Of a stretch of 64,000 nucleotides of DNA, positions 13,981 through 31,535 are shown in pieces. Position numbers and translations under genes: made by a program. The notes under the pieces were generated by a model. The model made no database searches and was not told the DNA's origin. It was given only the letters and a program-made list of their open reading frames with translations. Origin of the DNA: the human T2T-CHM13v2.0 reference genome, Homo sapiens. Numbering within the stretch: the first letter of the stretch is position 1; every line of letters begins with the position of its first letter. The stretch lies in assembly GCF_009914755.1 (NCBI RefSeq), contig NC_060937.1; one strand, 5' to 3'.

Positions 13981-16900
13981 GTATGTATAATATACTGTAC
14001 ATAAAATATGAAAGTACATCAAATATATATTTTATTCTGTACATAAAATATCAAAGTACACCAGATATATATTCTATAGTGTACATAAAATATCAAAGTA
14101 CCCAAACTATACATTATATACTGTAAATAAAATATGAAATTACATCAAATATATTTTATATTAGGTACATAAAATATGAAAGTACATAAAATATATATTT
14201 TATTCTGTACATAAAACATCAAAGTACACCAGATATATATTCTATAGTGTACATAAAATATCAAAGTACCCAAACTATACATTATATACTGTACATAAAA
14301 TATGAAATTACATCAAATATATTTTATATTGGGTACATAAAATATGAAAGCACATCAAATATAGATTATATACTGTACATTAAATACCAAAGTACCCCAA
14401 ATATATATTTTATACTGTACATGAAACATCAAAGTTCACAAACTATATATTATATACTGTACATATAATATCAAAGTACCCAAGGTGTATATTCAATACT
14501 GTACAAAAAATAACAAAGTACCAAAAGCATGTATTATATACTGTACCTAAAATATGAAAGTACATCAAATATATATTTTATAGTGTACATAAAATATCAA
14601 AGTACACCAGATATATATTCTATAGTGTACATAAAATATCAAAGTACCCAAACTATACATTATATACTGTACATAAAATATGAAATTACATCAAATATAT
14701 ATTATATTAGGTACATAAAATATGAAAGTTCATGAAATATAGATTATATACTGTACATAAAATATCAAGGTACCCCAAATATATATTATATACTCTACAT
14801 GAACTATCAAAGTTCACAAACTATATATTATATACTGTACATAAAATATCAAAGTACCCAAGGTATATATTCTATACTGTACAAAAAATAACAAAGTACC
14901 AAAAGCATGTATAATATACTGTACCTAAAATATGAAAGTACATCAAATATATATTTTATTCTGTACATAAAATATCAAAGTACACCAGATATATATTCTA
15001 TAGTGTACATAAAATATCAAAGTACCCAAACTATACATTATATACTGTAAATAAAATATGAAATTACATCAAATATATTTTATATTAGGTACATAAAATA
15101 TGAAAGTACATCAAATATATATTTTATTCTGTACATAAAATATCAAAGTACACCAGATATATATTCTATAGTGTACATAAAATATCAAAGTACCCAAACT
15201 ATACATTATATACTGTACATAAAATATGAAATTACATCAAATATATTTTATATTAGGTACATAAAATATGAAAGTACATCAAATATAGATTATATACTGT
15301 ACATTAAATACCAAAGTACCCCAAATATATATTTTATACTGTACATGAAATATCAAAGTTCACAAACAATATATTATATACTGTACATATAATATCAAAG
15401 TACCCAAGGTATATATTCTATACTGTACAAAAAATAACAAAGTACCAAAAGCATGTATTATATACTGTACCTAAAATATGAAAGTACATCAAATATATAT
15501 TTTATTCTGTACATAAAATATCAAAGTACACCAGATATATATTCTATAGTGTACATAAAATATCAAAGTACCCAAACTATACATTATATACTGTACATAA
15601 AATATGAAATTACATCAAATATATATTATATTAGGTACATAAAATATGAAAGTACATGAAATATAGATTATATACAGTACATAAAATATCAAGGTACCCC
15701 AAATATATATTATATACTCTACATGAAATATCAAAGTTCACAAACTATATATTATATACTGTACATAAAATATCAAAGTACCCTAGGTATATATTCTATA
15801 CTGTACAAAAAATAACAAAGTACCAAAAGCATGTATAATATACTGTACCTAAAATATGAAAGTACATCAAATATATATTTTATTCTGTACATAAAATATC
15901 AAAGTACACCAGATATATATTCTATAGTGTACATAAAATATCAAAGTACCCAAACTATACATTATATACTGTAAATAAAATATGAAATTACATCAAATAT
16001 ATTTTATATTAGGTACATAAAATATGAAAGTACATCAATTATAGATTATATACTGTACATTAAATACCAAAGTACCCCAAATATATATTTTATACTGTAC
16101 ATGAAATATCAAATTTCCCAAACTATATATTATATACTGTACATATAATATCAAAGTACCCAAGGTATATATTCTATACTGTACAAAAAATAACAAAGTA
16201 CCAAAAGCATGTATTATATACTGTACCTAAAATATGAAAGTACATCAAATATATATTTTATTCTGTACATAAAATATCAAAGTACACCAGATATATATTC
16301 TATAGTGTACATAAAATATCAAAGTACCCAAACTATATATTATATACTGTAAATAAAATATGAAATTACATCAAATATATTTTATATTAGGTACATAAAA
16401 TATGAAAGTACATCAAATATATATTTTATTCTGTACATAAAATATCAAAGTACACCAGATATATATTCTATAGTGTACATAAAATATCAAAGTACCCAAA
16501 CTATACATTATATACTGTTCATAAAATATGAAATTACATCAAATATATTTTATATTAGGTACATAAAATATGAAAGTACATCAAATATAGATTATATACT
16601 GTACATTAAATACCAAAGTACCCCAAATATATATTTTATACTGTACATGAAATATCAAATTTCCCAAACTATATATTATATACTGTACATATAATATCAA
16701 AGTACCCAAGGTATATATTCTATACTGTACAAAAAATAACAAAGTACCAAAAGCATGTATTATATACTGTACCTAAAATATGAAAGTACATCAAATATAT
16801 ATTTTATTCTGTACATAAAATATCAAAGTACACCAGATATATATTCTATAGTGTACATAAAATATCAAAGTACCCAAACTATACATTATATACTGTAAAT

Positions 16901-18839
16901 AAAATATGAAATTACATCAAATATATTTTATATTAGGTACATAAAATATGAAATTACATCAAATATATATTTTATTCTGTACATAAAATATCAAAGTACA
17001 CCAGATATATATTCTATAGTGTACATAAAATATCAAAGTACCCAAACTATACATTATATACTGTACATAAAATATGAAATTACATCAAATATATTTTATA
17101 TTAGGTACATAAAATATGAAAGTACATCAAATATAGATTATATACTGTACATTAAATACCAAAGTACCCCAAATATATATTTTATACTGTACATGAAATA
17201 TCAAAATACACTAACTATATATTATATACTGTACATATAATATCAAAGTACCCAAGGTATATATTCTATACTGTACAAAAAATAACAAAGTACCAAAAGC
17301 ATGTATTATATACTGTACCTAAAATATGAAAGTACATCAAATATATATTTTATTCTGTACATAAAATATCAAAGTACACCAGATATATATTCTATAGTGT
17401 ACATAAAATATCAAAGTACCCAAACTATACATTATATACTGTAAATAAAATATGAAATTACATCAAATATATTTTATATTAGGTACATAAAATATGAAAG
17501 TACATCAAATATAGATTATATACTGTACATTAAATACCAAAGTACCCCAAATATATATTTTATACTCTACATGAAATATCAAAGTTCACAAACTATATAT
17601 TATATACTGTACATATAATATCAAAGTACCCAAGGTATATATTCTATACTGTACAAAAAATAACAAAGTACCAAAAGCATGTATTATATACTGTACCTAA
17701 AATATGAAAGTACATCAAATATATATTTTATTCTGTACATAAAATATCAAAGTACACCAGATATATATTCTATAGTGTACATAAAATATCAAAGTACCCA
17801 AACTATACATTATATACTGTAAATAAAATATGAAATTACATCAAATATATTTTATATTAGGTACATAAAATATGAAAGTACATCAAATATAGATTATATA
17901 CTGTATATTAAATACCAAAGTACCCCAAATATATATTTTATACTGTACATGAAATATCAAATTTCACAAACTATATATTATATACTGTACATATAATATC
18001 AAAGTACCCAAGGTATATATTCTATACTGTACAAAAAATAACAAAGTACCAAAAGCATGTATTATATACTGTACCTAAAATATGAAAGTACATCAAATAT
18101 ATATTTTATTCTGTACATAAAATATCAAAGTACACCAGATATATATTCTATAGTGTACATAAAATATCAAAGTACCCAAACTATACATTATATACTGTAA
18201 ATAAAATATGAAATTACATCAAATATATTTTATATTAGGTACATAAAATATGAAAGTACATCAAATATAGATTATATACTGTACATTAAATACCAAAGTA
18301 CCCCAAATATATATTTTATACTGTACATGAAATATCAAAATACACAAACTATATATTATATACTGTACATAAAATATAAAAGTACCCAAGGTATATATTC
18401 TATACTGTACAAAAAATAACAAAGTACCAAAAGCATGTATAATATACTGTACATAAAATATGAAAGTACATCAACTATATATTTTATTCTGTACATAAAA
18501 TATCAAAGTACACCAGATATATATTCTATAGTGTACATAAAATATCAAAGTACCCAAACTATACATTATATACTGTACATAAAATATGAAATTACATCAA
18601 ATATATTTTATATTAGGTACATAAAATATGAAAGTACATCAAATATAGATTATATACTGTACATTAAATACCAAAGTACCCCAAATATATATTTTATACT
18701 GTACATGAAATATCAAAATACACTAACTATATATTATATACTGTACATAAAATATCAAAGTACCCAAGGTATATATTCTATACTGTACAAAAAATAACAA
18801 AGTACCAAAAGCATGTATAATATACTGTACATAAAATAT

Positions 18840-21800
18840 GAAAGTACATCAAATATATATTTTATTCTGTACATAAAATATCAAAGTACACCAGATATAT
18901 ATTCTATAGTGTACATAAAATATCAAAGTACCCAAACTATACATTATATACTGTAAATAAAATATGAAATTACATCAAATATATTTTATATTAGGTACAT
19001 AAAATATGAAAGTACATCAAATATAGATTATATACTGTATATTAAATACCAAAGTACATCAAATATATATTTTATACTGTACATGAAATATCAAATTTCC
19101 CAAACTATATATTATATACTGTACATATAATATCAAAGTACCCAAGGTATATATTCTATACTGTACAAAAAATAACAAAGTACCAAAAGCATGTATTATA
19201 TACTGTACCTAAAATATGAAAGTACATCAAATATATATTTTATTCTGTACATAAAATATCAAAGTACACCAGATATATATTCTATAGTGTACATAAAATA
19301 TCAAAGTACCCAAACTGTACATTATATACTGTACATAAAATATGAAATTACATCAAATATATTTTATATTAGGTACATAAAATATGAAAGTACATCAAAT
19401 ATAGATTATATACTGTACATTAAATACCAAAGTACCCCAAATATATATTTTATACTGTACATGAAATATCAAATTTCCCAAACTATATATTATATACTGT
19501 ACATATAATATCAAAGTACCCAAGGTATATATTCTATACTGTACAAAAAATAACAAAGTACCAAAAGCATGTATTATATACTGTACCTAAAATATGAAAG
19601 TACATCAAATATATATTTTATTCTGTACATAAAATATCAAAGTACACCAGATATATATTCTATAGTGTACATAAAATATCAAAGTACCCAAACTGTACAT
19701 TATATACTGTACATAAAATATGAAATTACATCAAATATATTTTATATTAGGTACATAAAATATGAAAGTACATCAAATATAGATTATATACTGTATATTA
19801 AATACCAAAGTACCCCAAATATATATTTTATACTGTACATGAAATATCAAATTTCCCAAACTATATATTATATACTGTACATATAATATCAAAGTACCCA
19901 AGGTATATATTCTATACTGTACAAAAAATAACAAAGTACCAAAAGCATGTATTATATACTGTACCTAAAATATGAAAGTACATAAAATATATATTTTATT
20001 CTGTACATAAAATATCAAAGTACACCAGATATATATTCTATAGTGTACATAAAATATCAAAGTACCCAAACTATACATTATAAACTGTAAATAAAATATG
20101 AAATTACATCAAATATATTTTATATTAGGTACATAAAATATGAAAGTACATCAAATATAGATTATATACTGTACATTAAATACCAAAGTACCCCAAATAT
20201 ATATTTTATACTGTACATGAAATATCAAAATACACAAACTATATATTATATACTGTACATAAAATATCAAAGTACCCAAGTTATATTTTCTATACTGTAC
20301 AAAAAATAACAAAGTACCAAAAGCATGTATAATATACTGTACATAAAATATGAAAGTACATCAAATATATATTTTATTCTGTACATAAAATATCAAAGTA
20401 CACCAGATATATATTCTATAGTGTACATAAAATATCAAAGTACCCAAACTATACATTATAAACTGTACATAAAATATGAAATTACATCAAATATATTTTA
20501 TATTAGGTACATAAAATATGAAAGTACATCAAATATAGATTATATACTGTACATTAAATACCAAAGTACCCCAAATATATATTTTATACTGTACATGAAA
20601 TATCAAAATACACTAACTATATATTATATACTGTACATAAAATATCAAAGTACCCAAGGTATATATTCTATACTGTACAAAAAATAACAAAGTACCAAAA
20701 GCATGTATAATATAATGTACATAAAATATGAAAGTACATCAAATATATATTTTATTCTGTACATAAAATATCAAAGTACACCAGATATATATTCTATAGT
20801 GTACATAAAATATCAAAGTACCCAAACTATACATTATATACTGTAAATAAAATATGAAATTACATCAAATATATTTTATATTAGGTACATAAAATATGAA
20901 AGTACATCAAATATAGATTATATACTGTACATTAAATACCAAAGTACCCCAAATATATATTTTATACTGTACATGAAATATCAAATTTCCCAAACTATAT
21001 ATTATATACTGTACATATAATATCAAAGTACCCAAGGTATATATTCTATACTGTACAAAAAATAACAAAGTACCAAAAGCATGTATTATATACTGTACCT
21101 AAAATATGAAAGTACATCAAATATATATTTTATTCTGTACATAAAATATCAAAGTACACCAGATATATATTCTATAGTGTACATAAAATATCAAAGTACC
21201 CAAACTATACATTATATACTGTAAATAAAATATGAAATTACATCAAATATATTTTATATTAGGTACATAAAATATGAAAGTACATCAAATATAGATTATA
21301 TACTGTATATTAAATACCAAAGTACATCAAATATATATTTTATACTGTACATGAAATATCAAATTTCCCAAACTATATATTATATACTGTACATATAATA
21401 TCAAAGTACCCAAGGTATATATTCTATACTGTACAAAAAATAACAAAGTACCAAAAGCATGTATTATATACTGTACCTAAAATATGAAAGTACATCAAAT
21501 ATATATTTTATTCTGTACATAAAATATCAAAGTACACCAGATATATATTCTATAGTGTACATAAAATATCAAAGTACCCAAACTATACATTATATACTGT
21601 ACATAAAATATGAAATTACATCAAATATATTTTATATTAGGTACATAAAATATGAAAGTACATCAAATATAGATTATATACTGTACATTAAATACCAAAG
21701 TACCCCAAATATATATTTTATACTGTACATGAAATATCAAATTTCCCAAACTATATATTATATACTGTACATATAATATCAAAGTACCCAAGGTATATAT

Positions 21801-23380
21801 TCTATACTGTACAAAAAATAACAAAGTACCAAAAGCATGTATTATATACTGTACCTAAAATATGAAAGTACATCAAATATATATTTTATTCTGTACATAA
21901 AATATCAAAGTACACCAGATATATATTCTATAGTGTACATAAAATATCAAAGTACCCAAACTGTACATTATATACTGTACATAAAATATGAAATTACATC
22001 AAATATATTTTATATTAGGTACATAAAATATGAAAGTACATCAAATATAGATTATATACTGTATATTAAATACCAAAGTACCCCAAATATATATTTTATA
22101 CTGTACATGAAATATCAAATTTCCCAAACTATATATTATATACTGTACATATAATATCAAAGTACCCAAGGTATATATTCTATACTGTACAAAAAATAAC
22201 AAAGTACCAAAAGCATGTATTATATACTGTACCTAAAATATGAAAGTACATCAAATATATATTTTATTCTGTACATAAAATATCAAAGTACACCAGATAT
22301 ATATTCTATAGTGTACATAAAATATCAAAGTACCCAAACTATACATTATAAACTGTAAATAAAATATGAAATTACATCAAATATATTTTATATTAGGTAC
22401 ATAAAATATGAAAGTACATCAAATATAGATTATATACTGTACATTAAATACCAAAGTACCCCAAATATATATTTTATACTGTACATGAAATATCAAAATA
22501 CACAAACTATATATTATATACTGTACATAAAATATCAAAGTACCCAAGTTATATTTTCTATACTGTACAAAAAATAACAAAGTACCAAAAGCATGTATAA
22601 TATACTGTACATAAAATATGAAAGTACATCAAATATATATTTTATTCTGTACATAAAATATCAAAGTACACCAGATATATATTCTATAGTGTACATAAAA
22701 TATCAAAGTACCCAAACTATACATTATAAACTGTACATAAAATATGAAATTACATCAAATATATTTTATATTAGGTACATAAAATATGAAAGTACATCAA
22801 ATATAGATTATATACTGTACATTAAATACCAAAGTACCCCAAATATATATTTTATACTGTACATGAAATATCAAAATACACTAACTATATATTATATACT
22901 GTACATAAAATATCAAAGTACCCAAGGTATATATTCTATACTGTACAAAAAATAACAAAGTACCAAAAGCATGTATAATATAATGTACATAAAATATGAA
23001 AGTACATCAAATATATATTTTATTCTGTACATAAAATATCAAAGTACACCAGATATATATTCTATAGTGTACATAAAATATCAAAGTACCCAAACTATAC
23101 ATTATATACTGTAAATAAAATATGAAATTACATCAAATATATTTTATATTAGGTACATAAAATATGAAAGTACATCAAATATAGATTATATACTGTACAT
23201 TAAATACCAAAGTACCCCAAATATATATTTTATACTGTACATGAAATATCAAATTTCCCAAACTATATATTATATACTGTACATATAATATCAAAGTACC
23301 CAAGGTATATATTCTATACTGTACAAAAAATAACAAAGTACCAAAAGCATGTATTATATACTGTACCTAAAATATGAAAG
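18840..23380 (+). repeat. Tandem duplication with a 2268-bp period (6 x 378)
   Basis: Rare alleles recur 2268 bp apart: 'caagttatattttc' (~20277/22545), 'ttataaactg' (~20078/22346 and ~20457/22725), 'tgtatattaaataccaaagtacatc' (~19036/21304). ORF pairs: 19569/21837 and 20325/22593. Confidence 0.85.
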
Positions 23381-26300
23381 TACATCTAATATATATTTTA
23401 TTCTGTACATAAAATATCAAAGTACACCAGATATATATTCTATAGTGTACATAAAATATCAAAGTACCCAAACTATACATTATATACTGTACATAAAATA
23501 TGAAATTACATCAAATATATTTTATATTAGGTACATAAAATATGAAAGTACATCAAATATAGATTATATACTGTACATTAAATACCAAAGTACCCCAAAT
23601 ATATATTTTATACTGTACATGAAATATCAAATTTCCCAAACTATATATTATATACTGTACATATAATATCAAAGTACCCAAGGTATATATTCTATACTGT
23701 ACAAAAAATAACAAAGTACCAAAAGCATGTATAATATACTGTACATAAAATATGAAAGTACATCAAATATATATTTTATTCAGTACATAAAATATCAAAG
23801 TACACCAGATATATATTCTATAGTGTACATAAAATATCAAAGTACCCAAACTATACATTATATACTGTAAATAAAATATGAAATTACATCAAATATATTT
23901 TATATTAGGTACATAAAATATGAAAGTACATCAAATATAGATTATATACTGTACATTAAATACCAAAGTACCCCAAATATATATTTTATACTGTACATGA
24001 AATATCAAATTTCCCAAACTATATATTATATACTGTACATATAATATCAAAGTACCCAAGGTATATATTCTATACTCTACAAAAAATAACAAAGTACCAA
24101 AAGCATGTATTATATACTGTACCTAAAATATGAAAGTACATCAAATATATATTTTATTCTGTACATAAAATATCAAAGTACACCAGATATATATTCTATA
24201 GTGTACATAAAATATCAAAGTACCCAAACTATACATTATATACTGTAAATAAAATACGAAATTACATCAAATATATTTTATATTAGGTACATAAAATATG
24301 AAAGTACATCAAATATATATTTTATTCTGTACATAAAATATCAAAGTACACCAGATATATATTCTATAGTGTACATAAAATATCAAAGTACCCAAACTAT
24401 ACATTATATACTGTACATAAAATATGAAATTACATCAAATATATTTTATATTAGGCACATAAAATATGAAAGTACATCAAATATAGATTATATACTGTAC
24501 ATTAAATACCAAAGTACCCCAAATATATATTTTATACTGTACATGAAATATCAAATTACACAAACTATATATTATATACTGTACATAAAATATCAAAGTA
24601 CCCTAGGTATATATTCTATACTGTACAAAAAATAACAAAGTACCAAAAGCATGTATAATATACTGTACATAAAATATGAAAGTACATCAAATATATATTT
24701 TATTCTGTACATAAAATATCAAAGTACACCAGATATATATTCTATAGTGTACATAAAATATCAAAGTACCCAAACTATACATTATATACTGTACATAAAA
24801 TATGAAATTACATCAAATATATTTTATATTAGGTACATAAAATATGAAAGTACATCAAATATAGATTATATACTGTACATTAAATACCAAAGTACCCCAA
24901 ATATATATTTTATACTGTACATGAAATATCAAATTTCACAAACTATATATTATATACTGTACATATAATATCAAAGTACCCAAGGTATATATTCTATACT
25001 GTACAAAAAATAACAAAGTACCAAAAGCATGTATTATATACTGTACATAAAATATGAAAGTACATCAAATATATATTTTATTCTGTACATAAAATATCAA
25101 AGTACACCAGATATATATTCTATAGTGTACATAAAATATCAAAGTACCCAAACTATACATTATATACTGTAAATAAAATATGAAATTACATCAAATGTAT
25201 TTTATATTAGGTACATAAAATATGAAAGTACATCAAATATATATTTTATTCTGTACATAAAATATCAAAGTACACCAGATATATATTCTATAGTGTACAT
25301 AAAATATCAAAGTACCCAAACTATAAATTATATACTGTACATAAAATATGAAATTACATCAAATATATTTTATATTAGGTACATAAAATATGAAACTACA
25401 TCAAATATAGATTATATACTGTACATTAAATACCAAAGTACCCCAAATATATATTTTATACTGTACAAGAAATATGAAAATACACAAACTATATATTATA
25501 TACTGTACATAAAATATCAAAGTACCCAAGGTATATATTCTATACTGTACAAAAAATAACAAAGTACCAAAAGCATGTATAATATACTGTACATAAAATA
25601 TGAAAGTACATCAAATATATATTTTATTCTGTACATAAAATATCAAAGTACACCAGATATATATTCTATAGTGTACATAAAATATCAAATTACCCAAACT
25701 ATACATTATATACTGTACATAAAATATGAAATTACATCAAATATATTTTATATTAGGTACATAAAATATGAAAGTACATCAAATATAGATTATATACTGT
25801 ACATTAAATACCAAAGTACCCCAAATATAAATTTTATACTGTACATGAAATATCAAAATACACTAACTATATATTATATACTGTACATAAAATATCAAAG
25901 TACCCAAGGTATATATTCTATACTGTACAAAAAATAACAAAGTACCAAAAGCATGTATAATATACTGTACATAAAATATGAAAGTACATCAAATATATAT
26001 TTTATTCAGTACATAAAATATCAAAGTACACCAGATATATATTCTATAGTGTACATAAAATATCAAAGTACCCAAACTATACATTATATACTGTAAATAA
26101 AATATGAAATTACATCAAATATATTTTATATTAGGTACATAAAATATGAAAGTACATCAAATATAGATTATATACTGTACATTAAATACCAAAGTACCCC
26201 AAATATATATTTTATACTGTACATGAAATATCAAATTTCCCAAACTATATATTATATACTGTACATATAATATCAAAGTACCCAAGGTATATATTCTATA

Positions 26301-29300
26301 CTGTACAAAAAATAACAAAGTACCAAAAGCATGTATTATATACTGTACCTAAAATATGAAAGTACATCAAATATATATTTTATTCTGTACATAAAATATC
26401 AAAGTACACCAGATATATATTCTATAGTGTACATAAAATATCAAAGTACCCAAACTATACATTATATACTGTAAATAAAATACGAAATTACATCAAATAT
26501 ATTTTATATTAGGTACATAAAATATGAAAGTACATCAAATATATATTTTATTCTGTACATAAAATATCAAAGTACACCAGATATATATTCTATAGTGTAC
26601 ATACAATATCAAAGTACCCAAACTATACATTATATACTGTACATAAAATATGAAATTACATCAAATATATTTTATATTAGGCACATAAAATATGAAAGTA
26701 CATCAAATATAGATTATATACTGTACATTAAATACCAAAGTACCCCAAATATATATTTTATACTGTACATGAAATATCAAATTACACAAACTATATATTA
26801 TATACTGTACATAAAATATCAAAGTACCCTAGGTATATATTCTATACTGTACAAAAAATAACAAAGTACCAAAAGCATGTATAATATACTGTACATAAAA
26901 TATGAAAGTACATCAAATATATATTTTATTCTGTACATAAAATATCAAAGTACACCAGATATATATTCTATAGTGTACATAAAATATCAAAGTACCAAAA
27001 CTATACATTATATACTGTAAATAAAATATGAAATTACATCAAATATATTTTATATTAGGTACATAAAATATGAAAGTACATCAAATATAGATTATATACT
27101 GTACATTAAATACCAAAGTACCCCAAATATATATTTTATACTGTACATGAAATATCAAATTTCCCAAACTATATATTATATACTGTACATATAATATCAA
27201 AGTACCCAAGGTATATATTCTATACTGTACAAAAAATAACAAAGTACCAAAAGCATGTATTATATACTGTACCTAAAATATGAAAGTACATCAAATATAT
27301 ATTTTATTCTGTACATAAAATATCAAAGTACACCAGATATATATTCTATAGTGTACATAAAATATCAAAGTACCCAAACTATACATTATATACTGTAAAT
27401 AAAATACGAAATTACATCAAATATATTTTATATTAGGTACATAAAATATGAAAGTACATCAAATATATATTTTATTCTGTACATAAAATATCAAAGTACA
27501 CCAGATATATATTCTATAGTGTACATAAAATATCAAAGTACCCAAACTATACATTATATACTGTACATAAAATATGAAATTACATCAAATATATTTTATA
27601 TTAGGCACATAAAATATGAAAGTACATCAAATATAGATTATATACTGTACATTAAATACCAAAGTACCCCAAATATATATTTTATACTGTACATGAAATA
27701 TCAAATTACACAAACTATATATTATATACTGTACATAAAATATCAAAGTACCCTAGGTATATATTCTATACTGTACAAAAAATAACAAAGTACCAAAAGC
27801 ATGTATAATATACTGTACATAAAAAATGAAAGTACATCAAATATATATTTTATTCTGTACATAAAATATCAAAGTACACCAGATATATATTCTATAGTGT
27901 ACATAAAATATCAAAGTACCCAAACTATACATTATATACTGTAAATAAAATATGAAATTACATCAAACATATTTTATATTAGGTACATAAAATATGAAAG
28001 TACATCAAATATAGATTATATACTGTACATTAAATACCAAAGTACCCCAAATATATATTTTATACTGTACATGAAATATCAAATTTCCCAAACTATATAT
28101 TATATACTGTACATATAATATCAAAGTACCCAAGGCATATATTCTATACTGTACAAAAAATAAGAAAGTACCAAAAGCATGTATTATATACTGTACCTAA
28201 AATATGAAAGTACATCAAATATATATTTTATTCTGTACATAAAATATCAAAATTCACCAGATATATATTCTATAGTGTACATAAAATATCAAAGTACCCA
28301 AACTATACATTATATACTGTAAATAAAATATGAAATTACATCAAATATATTTTATATTAGGTACATAAAATATGAAAGTACATCAAATATAGATTATATA
28401 CTGTACATTAAATACCAAATTACCCCAAATATATATTTTATACTGTACATGAAATATCAAATTTCCCAAACTATATATTATATACTGTACATATAATATC
28501 AAAGTACCCAAGGTATATATTCTATACTTTACAAAAAATAACAAAGTACCAAAAGCATGTATTATATACTGTACCTAAAATATGAAAGTACATCAAATAT
28601 ATATTTTATTCTGTACATAAAATATCAAAGTACACCAGATATATATTCTATAGTGTACATAAAATATCAAAGTACCCAAACTATACATTATATACTGTAC
28701 ATAAAATATGAAATTACATCAAATATATTTTATATTAGGTACATAAAATATGAAAGTACATCAAATATAGATTATATACTGTACATTAAATACCAAAGTA
28801 CCCCAAATATATATTTTATACTGTACATGAAATATCAAATTTCACAAACTATATATTATATACTGTACATATAATATCAAAGTACCCAAGGTATATATTC
28901 TATACTGTACAAAAAATAACAAAGTACCAAAAGCATGTATTATATACTGTACATAAAATATGAAAGTACATCAAATATATATTTTATTCTGTACATAAAA
29001 TATCAAAGTACACCAGATATATATTCTATAGTGTACATAAAATATCAAAGTACCCAAACTATACATTATATACTGTAAATAAAATATGAAATTACATCAA
29101 ATGTATTTTATATTAGGTACCTAAAATATGAAAGTACATCAAATATATATTTTATTCTGTACATAAAATATCAAAGTACACCAGATATATATTCTATAGT
29201 GTACATAAAATATCAAAGTACCCAAACTATAAATTATATACTGTACATAAAATATGAAATTACATCAAATATATTTTATATTAGGTACATAAAATATGAA

Positions 29301-31535
29301 AGTACATCAAATATAGATTATATACTGTACATTAAATACCAAAGTACCCCAAATATATATTTTATACTGTACAAGAAATATGAAAATACACAAACTATAT
29401 ATTATATACTGTACATAAAATATCAAAGTACCCAAGGTATATATTCTATACTGTACAAAAAATAACAAAGTACCAAAAGCATGTATAATATACTGTACAT
29501 AAAATATGAAAGTACATCAAATATATATTTTATTCTGTACATAAAATATCAAAGTACACCAGATATATATTCTATAGTGTACATAAAATATAAAAGTACC
29601 CAAACTATACATTATATACTGTACATAAAATATGAAATTACATCAAATATATTTTATATTAGGTACATAAAATATGAAAGTACATCAAATATAGATTATA
29701 TACTGTACATTAAATACCAAAGTACCCCAAATATATATTTTATACTGTACATGAAATATCAAAATACACTAACTATATATTATATACTGTACATAAAATA
29801 TCAAAGTACCCAAGGTATATATTCTATACTGTACAAAAAATAACAAAGTACCAAAAGCATGTATAATATACTGTACATAAAATATGAAAGTACATCAAAT
29901 ATATATTTTATTCAGTACATAAAATATCAAAGTACACCAGATATATATTCTATAGTGTACATAAAATATCAAAGTACCCAAACTATACATTATATACTGT
30001 AAATAAAATATGAAATTACATCAAATATATTTTATATTAGGTACATAAAATATGAAAGTACATCAAATATAGATTATATACTGTACATTAAATACCAAAG
30101 TACCCCAAATATATATTTTATACTGTACATGAAATATCAAATTTCCCAAACTATATATTATATACTGTACATATAATATCAAAGTACCCAAGGTATATAT
30201 TCTATACTCTACAAAAAATAACAAAGTACCAAAAGCATGTATTATATACTGTACCTAAAATATGAAAGTACATCAAATATATATTTCATTCTGTACATAA
30301 AATATCAAAGTACACCAGATATATATTCTATAGTGTACATAAAATATCAAAGTACCCAAACTATACATTATATACTGTAAATAAAATACGAAATTACATC
30401 AAATATATTTTATATTAGGTACATAAAATATGAAAGTACATCAAATATATATTTTATTCTGTACATAAAATATCAAAGTACACCAGATATATATTCTATA
30501 GTGTACATAAAATATCAAAGTACCCAAACTATACATTATATACTGTACATAAAATATGAAATTACATCAAATATATTTTATATTAGGCACATAAAATATG
30601 AAAGTACATCAAATATAGATTATATACTGTACATTAAATACCAAAGTACCCCAAATATATATTTTATACTGTACATGAAATATCAAATTACACAAACTAT
30701 ATATTATATACTGTACATAAAATATCAAAGTACCCTAGGTATATATTCTATCCTGTACAAAAAATAACAAAGTACCAAAAGCATGTATAATATACTGTAC
30801 ATAAAATATGAAAGTACATCAAATATATATTTTATTCTGTACATAAAATATCAAAGTACACCAGATATATATTCTATAGTGTACATAAAATATCAAAGTA
30901 CCCAACTATACATTATATACTGTAAATAAAATATGAAATTACATCAAACATATTTTATATTAGGTACATAAAATATGAAAGTACATCAAATATAGATTAT
31001 ATACTGTACATTAAATACCAAAGTACCCCAAATATATATTTTATACTGTACATGAAATATCAAATTTCCCAAACTATATATTATATACTGTACATATAAT
31101 ATCAAAGTACCCAAGGCATATATTCTATACTGTACAAAAAATAAGAAAGTACCAAAAGCATGTATTATATACTGTACCTAAAATATGAAAGTACATCAAA
31201 TATATATTTTATTCTGTACATAAAATATCAAAATTCACCAGATATATATTCTATAGTGTACATAAAATATCAAAGTACCCAAACTATACATTATATACTG
31301 TAAATAAAATATGAAATTACATCAAATATATTTTATTTTAGGTACATAAAATATGAAAGTACATCAAATATAGATTATATACTGTACATTAAATACCAAA
31401 TTACCCCAAATATATATTTTATACTGTACATGAAATATCAAATTTCCCAAACTATATATTATATACTGTACATATAATATCAAAGTACCCAAGGTATATA
31501 TTCTATACTGTACAAAAAATAACAAAGTACCAAAA

